Below the pieces are notes generated by a model. It saw nothing but the letters and a program-made list of their open reading frames with translations, was not told the origin of the DNA and searched no databases. Below are positions 1 through 7,200 of a stretch of DNA of 27,376 nt, piece after piece. How positions within the stretch are numbered: position 1 is the stretch's first letter; each line of letters begins with the position of its first letter. Source of the stretch: a virus (lineage: Duplodnaviria > Caudoviricetes); the IMG/VR virus record IMGVR_UViG_3300037991_004325, positions 1 through 27,376 of that record. One strand, 5' to 3'. The position numbers and the translations under genes were made by a program.

Positions 1-1014
1 TGTTGTGTTTGTTTCGTCTTCTCTAAATTTTGTAAGTTTATATGCTGAGTGCTGGTAAATTGTATTACCTTGAATGCCACTGTTAGATCCTAGCCATGCT
101 GGATATGAAACTTGTATCCCTCCATCTCTTGGCCACCATTCGTTAAATAGTTCGCCATATAGATAATCTTTGTTTGTCCTAAATGTCGAATCCCAGTAAT
201 AATGTGAGTTGCTTGTGCCTCTATAAAATGTTTTATCTACAGAGCCAGTATTAAACGCTCTATGATCTATGGCTCGCAACCATTGACCACCTCTTGAATA
301 GGTTGTGTTGTTGACATTATAAACAGGAAAGGATGTAGATTGTCGATATTGATTGTAACCAACACCACCCATTCCAAGCACGCATCCATATTCTAATTGA
401 CTTTCTGGTTCGAGCGTTTGCCAGCTCGTTCTAGTCATTGCCCAGTCAACAACCGTTGCCCAATATGCAGGATGCGTTGGGCTGTTAGCGTTCTCTTCAA
501 AATACAATCTGTAGATTAAATCAATCTGATCGTTTACACCCTGCACTACTGGAGTAGGTAATAGTAAACGTGTTACACATTGTTGATTTGTAGAAATGTC
601 GTTTTGTGGGTCGCCGGCATCGTTAAACAATCCTATGCTATAAATTGTTCTTGCTGTTCCTGTAACTTGATATAAGTTTCTGATTTGAATATATGGAAAG
701 TCTGTAACTGGCTCTGCGCCTCTTGCAAATACTCCTGAAGGATGATCGGTCCCTTCACCAATCATGTCAGCGCTTGTTTCGTAAGGGCTAGGTATTGTTT
801 TGTCCGATCCAATATATGTTCTTATATTAAATAATCTTTTGGAGGAATTTGTGGCATTGTACTGCCCTTCATTAACTAGCAGGCTGTCCCAAAAGCGTGC
901 ATTCAATAAATTTTTACCACTGCACTCAGTCTTTACCTGTCCGTCTGGACCTAGTACACGGATCGTGCCAACACCTCGAACCCGTGGCACGTCAAGCGAT
1001 CTATGTAATCCCAC
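1..1014 (-). CDS. Putative tail fibre/structural protein, 3'-truncated (>330 aa); not in the supplied ORF track
   Basis: Hand translation is open from 1050 to position 1: (V)GLHRSLD(V)PRVRGVGTIRVLGPDGQVKTECSGKNLLNARFWD...TIYSIGLFNDAG...CVTRLLLPTPVVQGVNDQIDLIYRLYF.... This N-terminal pattern resembles phage fibre attachment domains and is followed by an aromatic/Asn-rich region. Start is uncertain (GTG 1014 or GTG 990). Confidence 0.8.
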   Translation of the reverse strand, partial: MGLHRSLDVPRVRGVGTIRVLGPDGQVKTECSGKNLLNARFWDSLLVNEGQYNATNSSKRLFNIRTYIGSDKTIPSPYETSADMIGEGTDHPSGVFARGAEPVTDFPYIQIRNLYQVTGTARTIYSIGLFNDAGDPQNDISTNQQCVTRLLLPTPVVQGVNDQIDLIYRLYFEENANSPTHPAYWATVVDWAMTRTSWQTLEPESQLEYGCVLGMGGVGYNQYRQSTSFPVYNVNNTTYSRGGQWLRAIDHRAFNTGSVDKTFYRGTSNSHYYWDSTFRTNKDYLYGELFNEWWPRDGGIQVSYPAWLGSNSGIQGNTIYQHSAYKLTKFREDETNTT

Positions 1015-1036
1015 CGATACCGTGCAAATCTGCCCG

Positions 1037-1046
1037 CTAGGCTTCC
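1037..1046 (-). promoter_or_regulatory. Conserved intergenic motif GGAAGCCTAG (candidate late promoter)
   Basis: 4 nt after the TGA at 1051-1053 and 22 nt before GTG 1014. One of six GGAAnnnT copies. Confidence 0.6.
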
Positions 1047-1050
1047 GCCA

Positions 1051-1965
1051 TCACTCGATCACGATGATTCCATCAATATCATCGGCATAGGTGAAAAACG
1101 ATCCAGGATGAATTTTCATCCTTCCTTTGGCGTCTGCAGTCTGTTGCTCATCCTCTCTTTGGTTTTGCACATTGTCAGCAAATTTTGCGTGAAATACTTG
1201 AATGCCTTCATCGTTCAAACGTCCATAAGCCTTAGGCCTCGATTCTCTCTCTTCCGCTTCAATTAAATCTGTTTCTCCAAATGTTCCATACTCAAACAAA
1301 TTTGTATGAGCAATGTTTTTCTGTGACGTGGACGCCGATCCGTTCTGCACTAGCTCAGCAACCATGATTGGCTGCACTCTTGGAAGGGTGGCGCCATCAA
1401 TTATTTCTGACAGAAATTCGTAATGAGGATCAGGAGTCCAAGCATAACGTGTCGCTACCTGATATTCGTCGTTTGCATTTGGCGTTAATTCTTCTACATA
1501 CAAATCTATAACGTTGCTATTGCTTGGACCGTACTGATCAATTGCTGCAGTGAATGGCCTGTAATCGATTTGAGTTCTCCACTGTGTCGCTCCTTTGGGG
1601 CGGCTTCTAATAAACATCCCAAGCAACAGATTCAGCCCTCCATTGCTTGGCCATCTTAAAAATACTGAATATAGACTCGGATCATTCAACCCCTGTAATT
1701 CTTGCGGTCTTATGACTGGACTAATCCCCGTCGATGTTCTTTGTTGTGCTGTTGGATTTGTTTCTGGCCATTCCCAGATCGGATAAGGTACTAAGGTGAC
1801 GATATAGGGCGATTCATCTTCTGGCTGTGGGTGTGTAAAAAACTTGCTACCTGTTAGGCCGCTCCCAGGATCAAAGCGTTCTGATATGTCATCTCTATCT
1901 GCTAATCGGTCTTCATCTCTCGGTCTTGAGGCAGCTCCCGCGCCAGTCCTGAATATTTCAGCCAT
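1051..1965 (-). CDS. Putative virion protein with a possible fibronectin type III-like domain (304 aa)
   Basis: TAATG overlap with the upstream gene. The segment SVFLRWP...FIRSRPKGATQW...LYVEELTPNANDEYQVATRY fits the FN3 pattern (W-P, W, L-x-P-x-x-x-Y). The ORF is solid; the fold call is tentative. Confidence 0.7.
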   Translation of the reverse strand: MAEIFRTGAGAASRPRDEDRLADRDDISERFDPGSGLTGSKFFTHPQPEDESPYIVTLVPYPIWEWPETNPTAQQRTSTGISPVIRPQELQGLNDPSLYSVFLRWPSNGGLNLLLGMFIRSRPKGATQWRTQIDYRPFTAAIDQYGPSNSNVIDLYVEELTPNANDEYQVATRYAWTPDPHYEFLSEIIDGATLPRVQPIMVAELVQNGSASTSQKNIAHTNLFEYGTFGETDLIEAEERESRPKAYGRLNDEGIQVFHAKFADNVQNQREDEQQTADAKGRMKIHPGSFFTYADDIDGIIVIE

Positions 1966-4211
1966 TACAGATTTGCGATCCTGCTTTGGAAATCAGCAAA
2001 ATCAGTTGATGCTGCCGCTAGCGATTTTAAATCTGAAACTGTGATAAATGGTTGATCCGGTAGCCATGACCCGTTTTGATAAATTAAAACATCGCCGTTG
2101 ATTGAATTGTTTGGGAATACGTCTGCAAGGTCTCCCACATATTCGATGATGCCCCCTTGCACAGCGCCGGTCGCTTTCAGGTCTCCAAATACATACCACT
2201 GCCCGGAGCCCAAATGAATGCAGGTAGCAACGCTGTACTGCTCACGCAAGCTAAACCGCCCGCCGCTTGCATAGATCGCTGCAGCTGAGAATGTAACCTC
2301 TCCCGTTCCATTTTGAACAACTAAGACTTGAAAACCAATATCAACATTAGATGGCAGAGTGACGACTGATTCGCCTGACACCTGAACGACTTTTGTGCTG
2401 TCTGTCGTTAGCAGTGTGTAATTTGATGCAACTGGTCGGAATGTTGTCAGCTTGTCCGACTTGCCTGATATGTCACCACCGGGAATGTTCTCCCATAGCT
2501 GCGTTGTTGCGTTGTAGGCCAACAGCTGGCCCGCCTGAGGGTTTGAGATATTTACATCACCCAAGCCATCAAAAGTCAGGCCTAAAGCAACGGTTTCTGT
2601 GATTTCACTAAGCGGCAAAGTTGTGTTTTCCCACTTGCCTGTAGCCGACGAATAAACAAGGTAATCGTTATTTGAAACCCCACTTAGTACAACGTTGCTA
2701 AGGTCCCCGATTGAAAATGTGCTTTGCAGCGCCGTCTCAATTGCGGTCGTGTCTAGCGGGCCTGTTGTGAATTTGCTTAAAAAGCTGTCGTATTGAATTA
2801 CGTCACCATCGGCTTTTGATTGTGGCGCCTGATAGTCCTGAGCTGTTTCTAGCTGAAACACCACGCCCGCACCCGATATGTCGTAAAGGTCGCCGCTAAC
2901 CGTCCACTTCCCGTTGGTGTATAGAGCCAGGGCCGCGCCCCCCTCGCGCACGTAGGTAAGCCCTCCCCCGGTTGTCAGGTCCACGCCTGCAGCTGCTACC
3001 AGTGAAAGCCCATCGGCCCCCCTGTTGACAATCTCAACCTGTACGCCCTCTGACCCATCCAGAAAGCTTGCAACAGGGTTTGCCCCTGTAAACATCAATG
3101 ACTGATACCAGTGGCTTTCGCCAATGCTCACGGTGCCCGTGACGATCTGGAACTGTCTGGTTAAAGAGTTTTCACGTATGCCGGTCGGCACCCATAAAGA
3201 TCGCTGCGTGTCGTAGGCCAACACGTCCCCATTGCTAGGGGCGATGGTCTGAATCACGTCATCGGCTTTTCCTATCTCTGTGGCTGTCGGAAGGTTCAGC
3301 CACTGTTGGTTGTATTCCTCCCAAAACCAAAACCGGGCTACTGCGTTGGCATCGCTAGAGCTTGCGTTTTGGTTGTAATAGTCCAGCTGAAAATCAGTTA
3401 GAGATAAGGTCGCGCCATCTGTCCCTGATGCTGCGCCAAAAGCTGCTCTTGAATTTGTAGGGACTGAAACGCCTGTGATCTGGAACAGCAGCGCATTGTC
3501 TCGGTAAACCTTAAGAGTTAGATCAGTCAGGTTTGTGCCCGTGTATAGCAGCCGCCAATTGTGATTGCCTTCTACGTCTGTCGATTCATTTTTAAGGGTT
3601 GTCGCGAACCCATTGTTTGTCACGATGATTTCGTCATCGCTTAAAAAATCAAACCTCACGACGTGTTCAGCCCCGTTCACCCCGGCCTGACTTATCGAGC
3701 CGCCGCCGCTGCTAGTTGTGCTGGTGTCGTAGTCAAATACCGCAAAAGCGAAAACAGTTCCGGCGTTCGCACCAACCGATGAACTGAATTCGACGTTAAG
3801 ACTGACCCAACCAGTAGAAGGTATGGATTCAGTGGAAATAACCCTAGTGTTTTCGTTGGCTCCATCCAGCAGCCGGTATGTGGTGTTTTCAAAGTGGTAT
3901 CCATCACCATTGAGCACCCAGTCAGTGCCCCCGTCAGCGATTAGCGACGTATAAGACCCGCCGCCGATCTGCACATAGGTATCCCCATCATTCTCGCCAT
4001 CGACAAAGCCCGGCACGTCTGGCCCGTCACTACCGGTGCGGACGCCTCCACCGTCTCCGACCATGATTATGTCGCCGGCCGAAGTCTTGGAATAAATCCG
4101 TTTGTCGGCAAGGTTTGTAGCAAGCTCCCCTACGAGGATCTGATTAGCGTTCGGCCTAGATCCTGATTGCTCGCTCCGCTTAGGACGAATCGCTGCGCTG
4201 ATAACAACCAT
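1965..4211 (-). CDS. Modular tail fibre / receptor-binding protein (748 aa)
   Basis: N-terminal Mtd_N-like motif (IRPKRS...RP...LVGELATNLADKRIY). ConA/L-lectin-like domain at about 3375-3930 (FAFAVFD...HNWRLLY...AAFGAASG). Several L-x-D-V...G-x-x-L-x-Y...W fibre repeats. Two copies of a beta domain ending W-x-V-x-G-D-L. C-terminal LKSLAAASTDFADFQSRIANL helix. TGATG overlap with the upstream gene. Confidence 0.85.
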   Translation of the reverse strand: MVVISAAIRPKRSEQSGSRPNANQILVGELATNLADKRIYSKTSAGDIIMVGDGGGVRTGSDGPDVPGFVDGENDGDTYVQIGGGSYTSLIADGGTDWVLNGDGYHFENTTYRLLDGANENTRVISTESIPSTGWVSLNVEFSSSVGANAGTVFAFAVFDYDTSTTSSGGGSISQAGVNGAEHVVRFDFLSDDEIIVTNNGFATTLKNESTDVEGNHNWRLLYTGTNLTDLTLKVYRDNALLFQITGVSVPTNSRAAFGAASGTDGATLSLTDFQLDYYNQNASSSDANAVARFWFWEEYNQQWLNLPTATEIGKADDVIQTIAPSNGDVLAYDTQRSLWVPTGIRENSLTRQFQIVTGTVSIGESHWYQSLMFTGANPVASFLDGSEGVQVEIVNRGADGLSLVAAAGVDLTTGGGLTYVREGGAALALYTNGKWTVSGDLYDISGAGVVFQLETAQDYQAPQSKADGDVIQYDSFLSKFTTGPLDTTAIETALQSTFSIGDLSNVVLSGVSNNDYLVYSSATGKWENTTLPLSEITETVALGLTFDGLGDVNISNPQAGQLLAYNATTQLWENIPGGDISGKSDKLTTFRPVASNYTLLTTDSTKVVQVSGESVVTLPSNVDIGFQVLVVQNGTGEVTFSAAAIYASGGRFSLREQYSVATCIHLGSGQWYVFGDLKATGAVQGGIIEYVGDLADVFPNNSINGDVLIYQNGSWLPDQPFITVSDLKSLAAASTDFADFQSRIANL

Positions 4212-7200
4212 CAGTAAAGACCCCCATCGATTTCTGTGACATCGCTATAAGTTCCATCAGTGGCAAAGTTGAAAGCTGTTCCTGATGCGTCGAGCGCATA
4301 CAGCTTTTTGTCCGCCATGTTTAGGAATAGCTCGCCCGCGAAGAGGCTTCCTGCACTAGGCACAAAACCCGGCGCAACAGTGCGAGCCACAAGGGGCCGG
4401 ACACCACCGTTGCCGTCGATCTTTGTTCGCTGAAACTCACTAGCGCTGCTGTCCCAGGCCAGAACATCACCGTTGTCTGCAACGCTGTTGGCCACGTTGA
4501 CATCGGTCAGCTCGCCAATGCTCGAAGCGCTTATGTCGGCTGCAGGCTCTGCCCCTGGCTCCCAATAGCCCTGAACGGCATTCCATATCAAGGCGTCACC
4601 GTGGACAGGCGCAGTCGCTGTTGTGTTGACATCTTCCAGCATGGAAAGACGCCCGAATACGTTTGCAACGTCTCCTAAAGGCAGAGGGTCAACAGGTACG
4701 GGGACAGAGCCCGCCGCTGTGATGTAGGGCAGCCAGCCATCAGTAATTCGTAAGTCGTCTAGCTGTGCTGTCAGGTAGCCCTGCTCATCGAAGGCGTCTG
4801 GCAGCGTCCTTCCCCCAATGGCCATGCCTCCGGTCAGCTGCCATGCACCGGTCTGCAAATGATCGCCTACTTCAATTCCATTGATATAAAGACGGATTAA
4901 ACCACCACCCTCCTGAGCTAAATAAACGTGGTTCCAACTATCTTCAATCAAAGATCCGCTTATATGATCTGCGCCATAATTTGTAAGTATTCTAGTGCCA
5001 AAGTAAACACCAAGCTCTGATCTATCAAGTCCCTTAAGATAGATATGCAGTCCAGTGCTTTGATATGAATCAGGTTCTGCAGGCGCAATTATGTATTCAT
5101 CTCTTCCGTCTCCTGTAGTCTGACTGTCTGTTTTAATTAAAAATTCAAAAGACCAGATCCTGCCAGCTGCCCAAGTTTCCGGGCATCCATCATTAGCAGT
5201 CCATTCAATCTTGTCTTGATTAAATTTTCTAAAGTGAATAGAATATGATCCAGAAAATTTAGAATCATAAACAGGATTGGGTGATGTTACAACACTAACT
5301 TGCAGCGGCCAGTTGTAAGATGACTCTAAAAAGTTTTCAGCTTTTAGTAAGAACAGTGCTTGATAATCAACAGCTGATCGAATAATTTGTTGTCTTACTT
5401 GCAGCCATGACGGGACGGTATTATCTCCCAATGATGGCTGACGCCCGTAGATAATCCCGTTAGCAGCATGTACTCCAACCTCATCACCTAAAACCTCAAT
5501 GCTTGAGGTGTCTAGTGGGCCGGTCGTATTTTTTAAATACGGTGCGCCCTCTTGATTTGAACTCCAGCCAATCAGGCCTGCAGCGTTTGAACTTGGCAAA
5601 TCCAATCCGCCACCGGTTTGCGCCGGTCGGCTTGTTTTTAGCTGGCCAATGTCAAACGTTATATCCCCGTCATTAGTTACAGCATCGCTGTTGTCTGTTT
5701 TGTCAATATCTACCAAACCACCGATACTGCTAGATCCAATATTTGCGGCAACTGAATTGCTGGCGATCCATTGGCTGCCATCCCACATCAGGGCATAACC
5801 AATTGCTTTCCCTGCTGTGTTGACATTTTCTAAATCTTCTAATGGATACTGAGTAATATCAAGGTCATTAAATTGAACATTTAGATACTCTAGAATTGAT
5901 TCCTTGTTAGGGACCTGTGCATTAGTAAAGTCATCCCATACTAGATCAACATCTTCATAAACGATCTTCCAGTCTTTTGCGATTCTGAATCCATCAATTC
6001 CATTATTGAGTGCTCCGTTATCAGCGACCCTCACATGGCCTGCCGCAATCTCTAAGAATGAACCTGTCGATCCAATTAAGCCGCTCGTAATAAATGTTGG
6101 AGAACCTACGCCAACACCACCAAACATATATGCCTTACGAGGATTAAAACCATTTTGTGTTGGCTCATACGCTGTAAACTCAAAACCTCTTTCGCCTTTG
6201 CCTGCAAACCCAATAATTACATTTTCATGCTCCTGTTGGTTTGTAGTTATTTCTTGATCTCGCGTGTCATACAGGCGAGGCCCAGGAATCGGGAATGTAT
6301 TAGTTACAATTTTTTCTTCGACAGTATCAAACAGGAACATATCCTGTGCAATTGGCGCGGGAGCCCATACAGATCCGTTCCACAAAAGGGCATAACCCTC
6401 AATCACGGTGTTATCTGATGCATTAGGGGAAACGTCTCTTAGGTCCCCAATGCCGTTGTTGCTTATGTCGGCTGAAATAGTTGATGACGGCTTCCAGCTC
6501 GTGCCGTCCCATGCAAGCGCCTGACCTATTGCAGGACTGGCAGCGTCAACATTGCCAATGGATCCAAGACTTCCAAAAGCCAATAGCTTGTTAATTTCAT
6601 CTTCTAGAACACCCCAGCAAGGGATATAAGTTTCTGGAATAACACCACCTTCAAAATCACCATTGTGCAAATTAGTGGATGACGGCGCCCGATTTGGACA
6701 TCCTTGATAGTGTAAGCTTGGACCATGGAATGTTCTCGGTATAAAATAGCAATCAGAAAATCTGTTTAAAACTGTGATCTTTTCCCCTTTTATTTCAACA
6801 TTGCCTTGTAATCCAACCCTTACAAATGTTGATTGATTAGTCCAGAATTTCGCATCATCATCAGATGGTGAGGTCCCGTCACCAAGTCCAAATGTGTTCC
6901 ATTCATCAGAGCATGTCCAGCTTCCATCAAACTGATTGATGCTTGTAGCATATCCGGGAGAAGAAATAGACCCTTGATCAAATATGTTTTTATAGAGATC
7001 TGAAAAATATAGTGTTGTTGCCTGATCAAATCTAACGTAGCCACTTCCTACCTGATAGAAAGTTGAAACGTCACTGAAGTCATCTAGCCCCCAAGTAGAA
7101 CCAACTCCAGGAATACCCGGCTCCCATTTATTGCCTGTCCATACCAAAGCATCGCCGGTTCCAGGGTTGTTGCTTGTTACGTCAACGTCTAGTAATTCGT

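Noticed and set aside
1037-1051. TGATG-overlapping ATG at 1051 as the start of the next gene, or TAG recoding
   Set aside because: It reads only M-A-E-A-stop and is out of frame with the long downstream ORF. All long genes are intact under the standard code, so recoding is not needed.
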